Shown here: positions 33,590 to 44,171 of the stretch, in pieces | Position numbering within the stretch: the first letter of the stretch is position 1 | Layout of the letters: the number at the start of each line of letters is the position of its first letter | From: a virus | Taxonomy: Duplodnaviria > Caudoviricetes | Length of the DNA: 64,000 nt | Virus record (IMG/VR): IMGVR_UViG_2901802297_000002 | Location: 15,716-79,715 of that record | Direction: 5' to 3' (one strand) | Notes under the pieces: model-generated | The model's input: only the letters and a program-made list of their open reading frames with translations | Databases searched by the model: none | Told to the model about the DNA's origin: nothing | Program-made: the position numbers and the translations under genes

Positions 33590-35527
33590 TTAATTCCCTA
33601 TGGAACTGTTTTCAGGATCCATCGCACGTTGCTGCTTAACGCTGGCAACATGCAGATTATCGCTACGGCTGGTTGCTTTTACCGTGGTGCCTGCTGGTGT
33701 TTTCGCAGTAACGTGCACATCCATTTGCACCTTCCCTGCAGAAGCATCTGTTAAAGCTGCTGGTCTGGAAGAAAGATCCGCCTGAAACCCAGAAATGAAC
33801 CCGCGACCACGTTGGATATCATCTAGCGTTCCGTCTCCTGGTCGCAGAAAATCCGTTGTGAAGCGGCTCATTGCCTCTTCGGGACTACGAGAGGTGGCAA
33901 ACCGCGCAAACTGCGATGGATAATGCTTTTTGTAATAAGCAAGGGCAGCCTGTGTTTGGGTAGGCACATCAGCTCCCCATACATCTATGCCTTGCTCCTT
34001 AAGAATTTCATCACGTGTGCCTTGCAGAAATTGATAGGCACCCCGCGCTGATGAAACTGGATTAGCTGCATTTGGATCAAGATGTGATTCTGCAACGCCT
34101 GCCGCGGCTGTGCCTATAATGGCATTATCATTGATTCCTAGACGGTTATTCTGGCGCAAATATCCGACAAGGTTTCCACCACGAAGTTGATCTTGGGCTG
34201 AAGATCCATAGCCTGGAGGATCATAACCGTAGATCTTCCGGAACATCCATGCGTAACCGCTTTCAATTTGAGAGACACCCGGCAGACTTTCTATCCAATC
34301 TCTATTTGCGGCCTGTTGATCTGGCGTCGTTCCTTGCTGAAGCGTTTTCCATGCTTGGAACGCTGCAAGCAATGTCATCACGCGGCTTAAACCGCCACGC
34401 TGGGCAACAATGCCTCCGACTGCCTTGCTAACCTCCAGCAACCCCCATGTGAGTGATGCAATACCCGTAATAACTGGCGCGGCCCATAGAACAGCTATGC
34501 CAATAAATGCATCTTTTGCAGCAGCTTTCCATCCTCCCAGATAGTCAACGACACTTTTTATATGCTGCATTACGCCAGAAATTTGGGATTTTATCTTATC
34601 CCAGCCACCTGTTTGCAGCCATTTCACCACACGTCTGACGTAACCTGCCAGATCCTGCGCTATCCAGTCCCTGTTGGCTGCAATCCATTCTGCCATCTGG
34701 TGCAGCACGGGAGTGATAACTGGTGCTAACGTCTGAGCTATGGAGTATCCAAACCCCTCCACAGCCATAGAAAGCTCTTGCTGGGACTTTTGCAGCTTGG
34801 CTGCTGCATCGGCCCCTTCCTCATTCATCACGCCATAGCGTTTGGCCAGACGAATGTTATCTTGGAACGCGCGCCCTGTTTGCTGGAAGATTGGAAGCAG
34901 CCCTGCCCCTGCCTCTCCAAACAGTTTGGTAGCTGCTATTGTTTGGGCCGCTGGTGTTTTGAGAGACCGGATGCGGGCAGCAATACGGGCAAAAATCTGA
35001 TCTGGGGAAAGCTGCTTCAGCTCTTTCATGCTGATGCCCAGCGCCTGAAATTGTGCAGCAGCTTCTGGAGCAAACCCGTTTACGGCTTCCCACTTCTGGG
35101 TAGAAAGCTGCCCCAGGGCACTGCTCATGGCATCGGCAGATCCTCCCGAAAGCCGAGCCGCGTTGCGCAGCGCCATCAGCCGGCCCGGGTTCATTCCGAT
35201 ACTACGCGCAGTTGTGCGCAGATTAGTGCCAAAAGTAGCCCAGGCAGAAGCCAGCTTGTACACACCAGCAATAGAGGATGCGCTGGTAAGGATACCCATT
35301 TCAGGCACCAGACGCCCGACAGATCTAAATGCGCTCAATGTAGAGCGCGATAGATCTGCCATGCCCTTACGCATGCGCGTAACGCCGGTGATATCAAAAA
35401 ACCTCTTTAGGCTCCGCTGTGCATGACGCACTGGAGCCTGCAGAGAGGCTATTTTGTTATTGATGCCATCCAGCTTGCGACTGAGCTTGTCATTGGCACT
35501 GAGCGTAAGACTAACGGCTGCGCCCAC
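33590..35527 (-). CDS. Tape measure protein with C-terminal tail lysozyme domain
   Basis: Helical body; AES.LDP.A.N..S.A.G.YQ motif. Confidence 0.8.
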   Translation of the reverse strand: MGAAVSLTLSANDKLSRKLDGINNKIASLQAPVRHAQRSLKRFFDITGVTRMRKGMADLSRSTLSAFRSVGRLVPEMGILTSASSIAGVYKLASAWATFGTNLRTTARSIGMNPGRLMALRNAARLSGGSADAMSSALGQLSTQKWEAVNGFAPEAAAQFQALGISMKELKQLSPDQIFARIAARIRSLKTPAAQTIAATKLFGEAGAGLLPIFQQTGRAFQDNIRLAKRYGVMNEEGADAAAKLQKSQQELSMAVEGFGYSIAQTLAPVITPVLHQMAEWIAANRDWIAQDLAGYVRRVVKWLQTGGWDKIKSQISGVMQHIKSVVDYLGGWKAAAKDAFIGIAVLWAAPVITGIASLTWGLLEVSKAVGGIVAQRGGLSRVMTLLAAFQAWKTLQQGTTPDQQAANRDWIESLPGVSQIESGYAWMFRKIYGYDPPGYGSSAQDQLRGGNLVGYLRQNNRLGINDNAIIGTAAAGVAESHLDPNAANPVSSARGAYQFLQGTRDEILKEQGIDVWGADVPTQTQAALAYYKKHYPSQFARFATSRSPEEAMSRFTTDFLRPGDGTLDDIQRGRGFISGFQADLSSRPAALTDASAGKVQMDVHVTAKTPAGTTVKATSRSDNLHVASVKQQRAMDPENSSIGN

Positions 35528-35690
35528 GGGCCATGCTCTCCTTGCGCTGTTTTTCCGCTATACGGTTGGCCTGCTTTACCCAGAACATCATCTGGCTACC
35601 GCTCAGCCCTTCAACATCAGATAGAGACCAGCCCGAGAACACGGTGCAGAGATCTGCGGTCAGTTGTTCCCAGTTGTCCGGCCATGCATA
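35511..35690 (-). CDS. -1 frameshift extension of the tail chaperone (P2 gpE'-like)
   Basis: T7 run at 35690-35696; -1 frame reads YAWPDNWEQLTADL..FSGWS.SDV..L...MFW..QA. Confidence 0.75.
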   Translation of the reverse strand, partial: YAWPDNWEQLTADLCTVFSGWSLSDVEGLSGSQMMFWVKQANRIAEKQRKESMARGRSR

Positions 35691-36310
35691 AAAAAACCGG
35701 TCAGATAATCCGCTGCACGAGCAAACTTACTAATCGGCATCTTGAGGACTGCTGCCTTTGGCCAGCAGCTGATCCGTTCTACGAGATCGATCTCGCCAGA
35801 CATGAGCCCTTCAAACGTCTGGCGTGATTCAAACGATTTGAATGCACGGCGTTCTGACACTACCGGCTCACGCAGTTCCATAACGTTGAAGGTTTTGCCC
35901 ACAGCCTCAATGCCAGGCTTAAACGTGATCGTCAGTTCTGGTGTGAGATCCGGTTCCTCGTCAGGGTTCCGCCGTGCATCTTCCTCAAAATGACCAAGGA
36001 AGTCAGTTGCTGCATCCAGAATATGAGAGGGCAACTGATCTACGGCTAGACGAGGCCATTTACTGATCTGGCAAACCATACTGATCTGGGAATCATAAAT
36101 GCTTTCCAGAGTAGGTTTGCGACCAATAACCTTGGTGGCCTGTAGCGCATGAAACACAGCAGGCTCATGCAATTTCAGGGTTTCGAATGTTTCTCCACCC
36201 TTGATTGTAATCGGCTTTTCCAGATGAAAAACACCAGGAATTTCCTCGACAACTTCCTCCTGAGGATCACTCATGGCAGACAGAACATCTTCATCGCTCA
36301 GCATGGTCAC
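35660..36310 (-). CDS. Tail assembly chaperone with duplicated domain
   Basis: Between tube and TMP; two PI...G.TF....L.EP...W repeats. Confidence 0.8.
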   Translation of the reverse strand: MTMLSDEDVLSAMSDPQEEVVEEIPGVFHLEKPITIKGGETFETLKLHEPAVFHALQATKVIGRKPTLESIYDSQISMVCQISKWPRLAVDQLPSHILDAATDFLGHFEEDARRNPDEEPDLTPELTITFKPGIEAVGKTFNVMELREPVVSERRAFKSFESRQTFEGLMSGEIDLVERISCWPKAAVLKMPISKFARAADYLTGFFMHGRTTGNN

Positions 36311-36690
36311 GATACAGTATCCTCGGTCATGGTGTCGCTTTCCACCCGGAATTCAAACGTGCCTTCCTGAGTGTTGACGTTGATGACTTCAACCTGCCAG
36401 CCATTGACACACGTAATAATCTTGCCATTTGCCAAGGTTGCCACCACGTCAAAACCACTGCCGCCCTGCAAGTCAGAAATCTTCATATCCCGGCGGTCAC
36501 GCAGGGTTGCCTGAATGAACCCCTGGTTGGGCATGGACGAAAAACCCTCAACGGTTGTCTGACCTTTGAGGGTTTCATTCTGGTTTCCTGAGGGCTGCCA
36601 TTGCAGTTCCCCCACTACGTTAAACGGCACACCATTGATTGTAAGGGATGCGACACCCGCTAGGGGGCCGCGATAAAGAGAACCCGACAT
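36307..36690 (-). CDS. Tail tube protein
   Basis: Follows the sheath; LAG.A...ING, LANGK motifs. Confidence 0.85.
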   Translation of the reverse strand: MSGSLYRGPLAGVASLTINGVPFNVVGELQWQPSGNQNETLKGQTTVEGFSSMPNQGFIQATLRDRRDMKISDLQGGSGFDVVATLANGKIITCVNGWQVEVINVNTQEGTFEFRVESDTMTEDTVS

Positions 36691-36701
36691 ATTTTCCCCG
36701 T

Positions 36702-38177
36702 TCAGGATGTCACAAACTGGGCATCGCCTGCGATAACCCAGAGCTGATCAGCAAATTTGAATGGCAGCAGCATTTTCACCACACCATTCCCGGCATTTTC
36801 AGAGACCAGATTGGCAGAGAACGTGCTGGGGTCTTGCGCCCAGAGCTGCTGGCATTGCCAGTTGTAGCGGGCTGCTGCGGCTTTTCCGACCAACTGTGCC
36901 GTAGTTGCCTTCGCGCCAGCAGGAATTTTGCTGCCATCAACAACCAGAATGAACCGATTAAACGTGGATGCCAGATACGAACGCATATCCTGCAGGCAGA
37001 CTTCTGCCGTCAGAAGACGTTCAATATCCAGATAGCTATTGTCGGACACACCCGCACTGTTGGTCTGATAGGTTGTGATCAGACGTTCCGTCAGTACCGT
37101 ATTATCATCGGCCACGGTGAAGGTGGACAGGCCATCATACAGCAGGCTGGCACGCTCATCGAATGTGAAGCGCCCTGCATCCGTTGGTGGCAAAACGGAA
37201 AGGGATAGGCCGCGAACAGGAAGGGCAGGATTTTCCCGCATGGACACTGCCGTAACAGCCATCAGCTGGGCAGCCCAGATCATGGGAGAAGATGGGCTAT
37301 CCGAAATAGGCATGATGGTGCCGTGCGGATCATTCTGCGTAATGCCGAACGCTGTTGCCTGCCCATATGTGCCACGATACGCTGCGATATGGTGACCATA
37401 AAGCTGCCTCATGGGAGACCAGTTACCGCTTGTATTGTCAAACAGCTGCTTGAACGCGTTCAGGCTCGCTGTATCGACATACGGATGGGCATAGAGGTCA
37501 TAGACACGCTCCCCCAGATTAGCCAGTGCTGTAGCCAGCGTGGTGGGGTTTTGTGTGCCACCAGACATCTGGGTGATGGCAACAGACAAGCCTGCAGGAA
37601 CAGACTGCCCCCCAGCGGTGCCCAACAGGCAGGAACCCAACAGGATATCATTCCCGGCCAAGCCTTTGTTCAAGGCCGTTGCCGTGATTGTTCCATTAGA
37701 TGCAGTAAGGGAAACTGGCAGCGTGGTAACAGACTTGGCTGCAGTGATCACATTGGCGGCAACTGTTGCGGCTGTATCCCCAGAGGAAACGCCTACCGGG
37801 ATCAGAACATCCCCAACATACAGAGGCAGTGTACCATCAGCTGTTGCTGTGCCAGTAATGGCCCATGTGCCACTGGCCGCTTTTGAGGCGGCATCATCTT
37901 CCAGAGGCAGCACCCACAGTTCACCGGAGCTATCCAGATCACGGTAGGCTTTGACCATCAATGCACACTGGGAGCCAAGTCCATATTTGGCTACAGCGTC
38001 TGAATAGCCTCCAGATATCTCGGCAACGTTAGCAGTGGCACTGCCAGTGCTAAGCATCTGGGCAACAATAATGACGCGCCGTGCAGCGCTGGCAGTATTG
38101 GCTGCAGAATTATCCAAGGCAAAATAGAAGCCCGGAACACGGTTATTGTCTGAATAACCGGGGATTGTAACAGTCAA
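36702..38177 (-). CDS. Tail sheath protein (Mu L-like)
   Basis: RVPG.Y...DNS.A, ER..LL..G.ST, ITTYQ.N..G..D.SYLD. Confidence 0.93.
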   Translation of the reverse strand: MTVTIPGYSDNNRVPGFYFALDNSAANTASAARRVIIVAQMLSTGSATANVAEISGGYSDAVAKYGLGSQCALMVKAYRDLDSSGELWVLPLEDDAASKAASGTWAITGTATADGTLPLYVGDVLIPVGVSSGDTAATVAANVITAAKSVTTLPVSLTASNGTITATALNKGLAGNDILLGSCLLGTAGGQSVPAGLSVAITQMSGGTQNPTTLATALANLGERVYDLYAHPYVDTASLNAFKQLFDNTSGNWSPMRQLYGHHIAAYRGTYGQATAFGITQNDPHGTIMPISDSPSSPMIWAAQLMAVTAVSMRENPALPVRGLSLSVLPPTDAGRFTFDERASLLYDGLSTFTVADDNTVLTERLITTYQTNSAGVSDNSYLDIERLLTAEVCLQDMRSYLASTFNRFILVVDGSKIPAGAKATTAQLVGKAAAARYNWQCQQLWAQDPSTFSANLVSENAGNGVVKMLLPFKFADQLWVIAGDAQFVTS

Positions 38178-38381
38178 TTACGCCCCCTTGTCTGTTTGCG
38201 CCTGAGCAGGGGCTGCAGCCGGCACGCTCTGGCTGGTTGTTGGGGTTGCTTTCTGCACATCGCCACGCGCCAGCGCACGCAGCCAGAAGCTTGTGTCGGG
38301 CACATTTTCACCTGCTGCATTCAGCAGGCGCTTTGTGCCAGGCCACCGGACCGATCGGCCCTGTGCCGGTTTTACAAACAT
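38178..38381 (-). CDS. DUF2635 family protein
   Basis: MFVKPA.GR.VR.P...W.R....GDV. Confidence 0.85.
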   Translation of the reverse strand: MFVKPAQGRSVRWPGTKRLLNAAGENVPDTSFWLRALARGDVQKATPTTSQSVPAAAPAQAQTDKGA

Positions 38382-38390
38382 GGAGAATTC

Positions 38391-38915
38391 CTATTGAGGA
38401 AAATCAACGCGCAGGCCGGGAGTGGTCATGCCTTCATCCGCAGTACCTACACGGCCAGTAATTTCTTGAAGATCTACACCGGGAACAGGGTAGTCCTGCT
38501 GGTATTCCAGACCGAATGTGATTTTTACAGCACCCAGATGATCTTCCGCCTCATCCAGCAAACCTTGTTCCAGATTGAAATCTGTTACCTGCGATATAGA
38601 TCTTTGCAGATCCTGATCGCACATCACGGACATTTCGATCTGCTCGGCGATATGGTCCATATTCTCCCGAACCTGTTCGGGAGTGCCACCAGCAACTTTT
38701 GCCACAACCTCAACTTTTACAATCTTATTGAAGCCCGGTTGAGCACGCCCAAATGACGTGCCCGTTTCGGAAGGTATGGCAACAAAGATAACCGGAAGCA
38801 TTTCTGGTTTTACAGGTGCCGTGCGATGCGTAAAAACACTTTGTCCGGCGTCAGTAGTCTTCCGGAGCAATGCCGCAATTTTGTCGCGGAACATGACCCG
38901 ATACAGCATTTTCAC
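38391..38915 (-). CDS. Tail terminator-like protein
   Basis: Position; R..I...L..V...R..P....LP pattern. Confidence 0.65.
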   Translation of the reverse strand: MKMLYRVMFRDKIAALLRKTTDAGQSVFTHRTAPVKPEMLPVIFVAIPSETGTSFGRAQPGFNKIVKVEVVAKVAGGTPEQVRENMDHIAEQIEMSVMCDQDLQRSISQVTDFNLEQGLLDEAEDHLGAVKITFGLEYQQDYPVPGVDLQEITGRVGTADEGMTTPGLRVDFPQ

Positions 38916-39252
38916 CGTCCGCCTTGTTCAGCAGAATGTCAGCAGCACCATGGCTATCAGGCTGGACCTCACGCACACGGTATTGTTTCCCGCGTATGAC
39001 GAAAAGATCACCCTGCTGTGGTGCTGACACAAACTGCGAGAGTTGAACACCTAACCGCGCATCTGCCGTAGTCACATGCGTTGGAGAAAGGCCGTCCACA
39101 ATTTCGAGTGGCATGGCTTTATAGCCATTATCGAAAATACCGGTAACGGGAACAGGATCTGGATTGAGGGAGGAAATCCATTGGACTTCCTCCCCGAACA
39201 CATTCTGGCATGGGGCCAGAACCAGTTGATCCCAATCTACTGGGCCGACCAT
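38851..39252 (-). CDS. Head closure/head-tail joining protein
   Basis: FGE, GIFD, P.QGD, PD.HG motifs. Confidence 0.75.
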   Translation of the reverse strand: MVGPVDWDQLVLAPCQNVFGEEVQWISSLNPDPVPVTGIFDNGYKAMPLEIVDGLSPTHVTTADARLGVQLSQFVSAPQQGDLFVIRGKQYRVREVQPDSHGAADILLNKADGENAVSGHVPRQNCGIAPEDY

Positions 39253-39253
39253 A

Positions 39254-39535
39254 TCAGGCCTGTGTAGCCGGTGGTGCTTTCATGTCCGGCGCAGGCGGCA
39301 TGGATGCGGCCTGCAATGTATTGGGAGCAGGCTGCTCACCATCACGGGCCACACGGGCAATCTTGCGCGCTACCCACAGATCTGCACGATATTTGGGAAC
39401 AGGCATCTTGGTGCCTACAGGCCACGGACGGCGCCCAACCTGCGGATAAACAGGGATAAGCGTGACGACATCAACTGTGTCGCCCTTCTGCACACTCTTC
39501 TTGGGTGCATCAGGCGTTGTGTTTTGTTCTGTCAT
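39254..39535 (-). CDS. Small head-associated protein
   Basis: Directly after the capsid gene. Confidence 0.6.
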   Translation of the reverse strand: MTEQNTTPDAPKKSVQKGDTVDVVTLIPVYPQVGRRPWPVGTKMPVPKYRADLWVARKIARVARDGEQPAPNTLQAASMPPAPDMKAPPATQA

Positions 39536-39538
39536 TTA

Positions 39539-40648
39539 TCAGGTTCCTGTCGGTCCAGACACTGCAGCACCCGCTTCCATGACGGTTGCCGACAAGGAGC
39601 AGTTCACACGAGAAGGAATGACGATTGGAGCAGACTGCATCATCAGATTGATGGTTGCAGGGTTTTCTTTGTACCAAATCTTTGGTGCGTAAGCGAGCGC
39701 ACCATAGGCAAAAGCAGGGTCGAGAATAAGACCGAAACCACGGGTACCTTCCAGACCAGGGCCTGTCAGAATAACCGTCCCATCCGGGATCATGGGTTCT
39801 TCTTCATCTGTATCTGGATCAACATACCAGTCGTTATACAGCCAAAGATTAAACTGGCCCCATTTCCCCATAAAGATGGCGCCCTTATCAACGCGGCCAC
39901 CGAGATCAACATCGGAGCCACCCACCTTACCAGGCCAGATAATGGCATTCAGAACCTTGATATCGCTTTTGAACGCATTCCATGTGGAATTTGTAAACAC
40001 GATGTCTCGCGGTGCGATACCAGACTTCTGTAAGACCAAGGCTGCCCAGGTTGTGATGTAATCCGAAGGATAAACACCACTCTGCCCCCACTGAGCAGCA
40101 CCTGTAAGCGCAATGGTAAGGGCTGGATCACGTTGGAAATCAACGACTGTTGCCGGGTAACCTTCGCCTTTAACGGTGACTGTCCCGTACACCAGAGCAG
40201 ACGCTGCCATCCATTCCAGGCGACGATTGATCATATCAATCTGGTCTGTCATCTCATACGCGAGATTGGCTTCCAGACGTTGTGCCGGGGTCATGCCACC
40301 CATCAACCGTTCGCCAATGTTCCGGCGCACGGGTTTCAACAGATCTGGATTACGCCAGTCTTTAACGTAAGCAGGCTTGAACAGGTTGGTCTGCCACCGG
40401 CGACTTTCCACCATTTTCCCCTCGACCAAGGGGGAGCAGAAAGGCGACATACGCCGCTTACCAACATCGACATCAATCGCCACTTCTGGCGCATCAGATT
40501 CCACGATATTAGGAAAGAAATTGTCCAGCAGGAAGGTCTGTGCTGTTTTGGCATTTTGGACAAAATAAACGAGCTCAGCTACGCTATATGCACTGAGCAG
40601 CGGCAGAAGTGCCTGCTGCACCCCTGCTGCGCCGGTTGTTCCGGACAT
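39539..40648 (-). CDS. Major capsid protein (lambda gpE family)
   Basis: FL...FF, PF.SP, P.Y.K, R.EWMAA, QSAP. Confidence 0.92.
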   Translation of the reverse strand: MSGTTGAAGVQQALLPLLSAYSVAELVYFVQNAKTAQTFLLDNFFPNIVESDAPEVAIDVDVGKRRMSPFCSPLVEGKMVESRRWQTNLFKPAYVKDWRNPDLLKPVRRNIGERLMGGMTPAQRLEANLAYEMTDQIDMINRRLEWMAASALVYGTVTVKGEGYPATVVDFQRDPALTIALTGAAQWGQSGVYPSDYITTWAALVLQKSGIAPRDIVFTNSTWNAFKSDIKVLNAIIWPGKVGGSDVDLGGRVDKGAIFMGKWGQFNLWLYNDWYVDPDTDEEEPMIPDGTVILTGPGLEGTRGFGLILDPAFAYGALAYAPKIWYKENPATINLMMQSAPIVIPSRVNCSLSATVMEAGAAVSGPTGT

Positions 40649-40682
40649 TCAGTATTTTCCTGAAACTATTGGAAAAACGCTA

Positions 40683-41072
40683 TCACACGATAGCGTTGGA
40701 CTCTCCGGTCTTCACAAAGATGGAGAACTGACGCAGAGCCGGTTTCAGGGTATCCACCGTCCAGCTTGCATCAAAGATCATGTAATTCGAGTTGAACTCG
40801 CCCATCTCATAGATGGCACCTGTGGCATCAGCCGCAGAGGCATCTACCTCATCAACTACAATACCGCATGGGGTCTGGGACCCGTCTGTAGCCGTTTTGA
40901 CGCACGGGATATATTTTCCGGTAGCAGTTACCTGCCCGACAACCTGACCCCGCTGGAGCGTGTTGCCTTCGGCAAAGGTGACTGTCTCCGTGACCAGCTT
41001 GAGGTTTCCGGCAATGAGCTGATCCGGAACAAACACAACCTGCTGTGCGCTGGGGTAAAAACCATAGCTCAT
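40683..41072 (-). CDS. Head decoration protein (gpD-like)
   Basis: L.RG.V.G, DGSQ.P.GI, GEFN. Confidence 0.85.
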   Translation of the reverse strand: MSYGFYPSAQQVVFVPDQLIAGNLKLVTETVTFAEGNTLQRGQVVGQVTATGKYIPCVKTATDGSQTPCGIVVDEVDASAADATGAIYEMGEFNSNYMIFDASWTVDTLKPALRQFSIFVKTGESNAIV

Positions 41073-41668
41073 CGGCTACCTCCCATACGGGCATGGTTCA
41101 AGCGGACCATGCGGGCTCCAGGGCGTTCATCTTGCTGGCTGCTACCCTGCGGGGCTACGGGGGCATGCCCTTCGTTCTGCATGCGCGTGCGCAGTGCAGC
41201 GTAGCCTGCCTGATCTGCGGCGGGTGCAGGTTCCTGCTGTGCAGATGCTGCGGGAGCAACCGTGCGCAACAGGTTGACTGCTGCCGTACGCGTCATGCTG
41301 GTGCCAAATGCAATTTCAGCAGCGGCAGCAGGATTGCGGCCGGCAGCGGCAGAACGGAAAATGGCAGCGCACCGGCCACGTTCGCGCATGCGGATGGCGC
41401 GGGCCTTCGGGTCCTTTTCGTCATCCTCATCGTCATCATCGGTGCCGTCCGGATCTTCATTGTCCGTATCTTCGGCACGCTTGGATTTTTTGCCATTTTT
41501 GCCACCCGTATCTTCCTGATTGTCTTCGCTATCAGGATCCTTGTTTTCTGGATCGGCCTCAGCTGCAGGGGTTGCGCTGCTGCCGGCAGCATTTGCACCT
41601 ACTCCAGAGGAAGCAAGATGCGCAAATGGACTGATAGCAGAGCTGCTCATCAGCGCTGGTTTTGGCAT
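41069..41668 (-). CDS. Scaffold-like protein
   Basis: Acidic low-complexity region then ER.RC.AI; between protease and decoration genes. Confidence 0.7.
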   Translation of the reverse strand: MPKPALMSSSAISPFAHLASSGVGANAAGSSATPAAEADPENKDPDSEDNQEDTGGKNGKKSKRAEDTDNEDPDGTDDDDEDDEKDPKARAIRMRERGRCAAIFRSAAAGRNPAAAAEIAFGTSMTRTAAVNLLRTVAPAASAQQEPAPAADQAGYAALRTRMQNEGHAPVAPQGSSQQDERPGARMVRLNHARMGGSR

Positions 41669-41694
41669 GCTCTATTTTCTCCGATATGGAAAAT

Positions 41695-42525
41695 TTACTT
41701 CAGATGCGCCAGAAAATCTAAAAAGGCGCTATCGCGTGACATGACAGCATCTGCCAAACCTGCAGATACGGCATCCTGCCCATAAAAAACGGCGGCTTCC
41801 ATGTCCTGCACATCTTGTGCAGACAACCCACGGTTTCGTGCCACTGTTTCAAAAAACAGCTTGCCCATGCTCTCAATGTCGCTCTGGATGATTTTCTGGG
41901 CATCTTCGGACATGGGCGTGGTTGGATATGTATCCGTTTTGCGTGCCCCGGTCTGAAATGTCGTGACCTTGATGCCCGTTTCATCCAGAAATTTCGTGAT
42001 ATCAGCATGGAGATAAACCACACCGATTGATCCCACCTCACCCGTGCGCGGCAGGACAATTTTTTCTGCAGAACAGGCCAGAGCATATGCGGCAGAACAG
42101 GCCTGCTCATCCACAATTGCAATTACGGGCTTGCTTTCCCGCGCTGCGTAAATGCGGTCTCCCGTATCAAAGCAGCCGGCAACAGCACCGCCTGGGCTGT
42201 TCACATGTAGGATAATACCGCGAACAGTTTCATCCTGTGCAGCCAAATTGATGGCGTTGCTGATGTCATCGTAGAAAGTTGCACCACCCCACCACCAGCC
42301 ATTGCTGCTGCCTGGGAGCAAAATGCCCTTGATGGATATGACAGCAATGCCCGAAACATTCTCTGTGATGCTTTGGGCTGCATAGCGGGCATCATCATCA
42401 ACAGGGCCGAACAGTGCTTTATCATCGGCACCGCTGGCCAAGAGCCCCCGGACAATATCCAGCTTGCGGCTGGAAAGCGCCAGCGGTGCCCCGATCAGCG
42501 CCTGTGTATGCGCGTATTGTTTCAT
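41695..42525 (-). CDS. S49 (SppA-type) prohead protease
   Basis: NSPGG, ACSAAY, GSIGV. Confidence 0.92.
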   Translation of the reverse strand: MKQYAHTQALIGAPLALSSRKLDIVRGLLASGADDKALFGPVDDDARYAAQSITENVSGIAVISIKGILLPGSSNGWWWGGATFYDDISNAINLAAQDETVRGIILHVNSPGGAVAGCFDTGDRIYAARESKPVIAIVDEQACSAAYALACSAEKIVLPRTGEVGSIGVVYLHADITKFLDETGIKVTTFQTGARKTDTYPTTPMSEDAQKIIQSDIESMGKLFFETVARNRGLSAQDVQDMEAAVFYGQDAVSAGLADAVMSRDSAFLDFLAHLK

Positions 42526-44171
42526 TCTGCGTCCGGTTTCTTATCTGCTTTGTCTGCTGGATCTCCGCCGCTCCATTCAGGCAATGGCAAGCCACGGTCT
42601 TTGAAGGCCTGCATTTCGATTGCACGCTGGGCAACGTTCTCTTCCCAATCGCGCCCTTCATTTTCAGCGCATTCATCTTCCAGAGTGGACAGCGCACCAT
42701 CCATGCCAAGAATGGCCCCTTGGCGTTCGGCAACTGGATCAATCCAGCCGCGACCAGGACCAAGCCATCGGCACCGTGCATAAGCATGCCGCGCCTCTAG
42801 GAAGCTGGGAGCGCCTGCAGGCAACGGCAGGTTATCGGCCTCCATGGACTCTTCCAGCCATGCCAGACGCACGGGAGAAGCAAACCCTATGGAGAATTCT
42901 TCGCGCCGCCGCTTCATGGTTTTCCATGCCTCCAGCAGCGCACCACGAGCCGATGAATAATTGACATCGGACCAGTCGTTACTGAGCTGCATGGGTGCAA
43001 GGCCAGCACCACTGGCGATGTTGTTCAGGGTTGCTCTTTCAAACTCCCTGAAGTTGCTGGCGGGACGGGCCGCAGTGACTGTGTTGATCTTTTCGCCAGG
43101 GAACAAGATTGGCAAACGTGATCCCTGCATGGAAATATTATGCTGCTTATGAAACACCCCGCGCATTTCCTGATATGCACCTAGTGTTTCATCCCCTCCT
43201 TCCAATGCCTCGGCAGTCATCCCCTGATCATATGGGCTTTCAATATACGCCGCGAAAATGGCATTCAGGATGGCTGAGTCCATTTCAGCACCATCATATT
43301 TGATCAGCATTTTCAGGCGTTGCAGGACAGGCGTGAGCATTCCTGTTCCGCCCGTATGCTGGCCACCACGATGATGTTCAAAGAAATGCACAACCTGCGG
43401 GCGTCCCCACGATGTTTCCCGCGGGATACGAGACCAGGTTACCGCCTCTGATGCGCTATACCAGTCACACTCATGGGCGTTCCGGATGTGATAGGCGATA
43501 GGAACGCCTGCATCATTGATCTCAACCCCATTGCGCATGTTTTTGAGATCAAACTGGTTCTGCGGGTTGCTGAGCCTATCTGGATCAATGATCTGCACTG
43601 CTGTGCCATATCTGGCGCGCCCCAGACCGATATTCTCCTCCAGCCACGGGATATGGGCCAATGCATCCCCATCCACGATGAGATGGCGAAATGCCAAATG
43701 CATTTGCTGGGAGAACGTCAGCATCCGTTCGGCATCATTGAACCGCAATGGATCATTCGCCCATGAGCGCCAGTTGCTATCTACAGCACGCGCAAACTCA
43801 TGCGCCCATGTGGCATCAAACGCCGAGTTGCCGGTAATATGGGCAAGAAAGCGATAATCTGGTTTGCTGATCGGACGTAACGTGACGCCCACAGCATTAT
43901 CCAGAACACGCGTGACTGCCCCGGAAGCCCAGCCATCATTGCGCACCAGATCGCGCACACGGCTGACAATCCGGTTACGCCACGGGCTACGTTCAGTATC
44001 GGCAGAAAACAGGGGAGGATTCCACCCCTGCATACGTTGTCCATAAATATCTGCCGCGTCATACGGCAGACCTGGCCAACCTGTAAGAGCACTGAACCCC
44101 CGGCGAGAGGGAGGGCTCTTTTTTCCTGCATCATTACTGAACAAGCGCGCGAATGTATCGCGCAGCCCCAT
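42522..44171 (-). CDS. Lambda-family portal protein
   Basis: R.RDLVRN, D.S.VNYSSAR, WIDP.E. Confidence 0.93.
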   Translation of the reverse strand: MGLRDTFARLFSNDAGKKSPPSRRGFSALTGWPGLPYDAADIYGQRMQGWNPPLFSADTERSPWRNRIVSRVRDLVRNDGWASGAVTRVLDNAVGVTLRPISKPDYRFLAHITGNSAFDATWAHEFARAVDSNWRSWANDPLRFNDAERMLTFSQQMHLAFRHLIVDGDALAHIPWLEENIGLGRARYGTAVQIIDPDRLSNPQNQFDLKNMRNGVEINDAGVPIAYHIRNAHECDWYSASEAVTWSRIPRETSWGRPQVVHFFEHHRGGQHTGGTGMLTPVLQRLKMLIKYDGAEMDSAILNAIFAAYIESPYDQGMTAEALEGGDETLGAYQEMRGVFHKQHNISMQGSRLPILFPGEKINTVTAARPASNFREFERATLNNIASGAGLAPMQLSNDWSDVNYSSARGALLEAWKTMKRRREEFSIGFASPVRLAWLEESMEADNLPLPAGAPSFLEARHAYARCRWLGPGRGWIDPVAERQGAILGMDGALSTLEDECAENEGRDWEENVAQRAIEMQAFKDRGLPLPEWSGGDPADKADKKPDAE

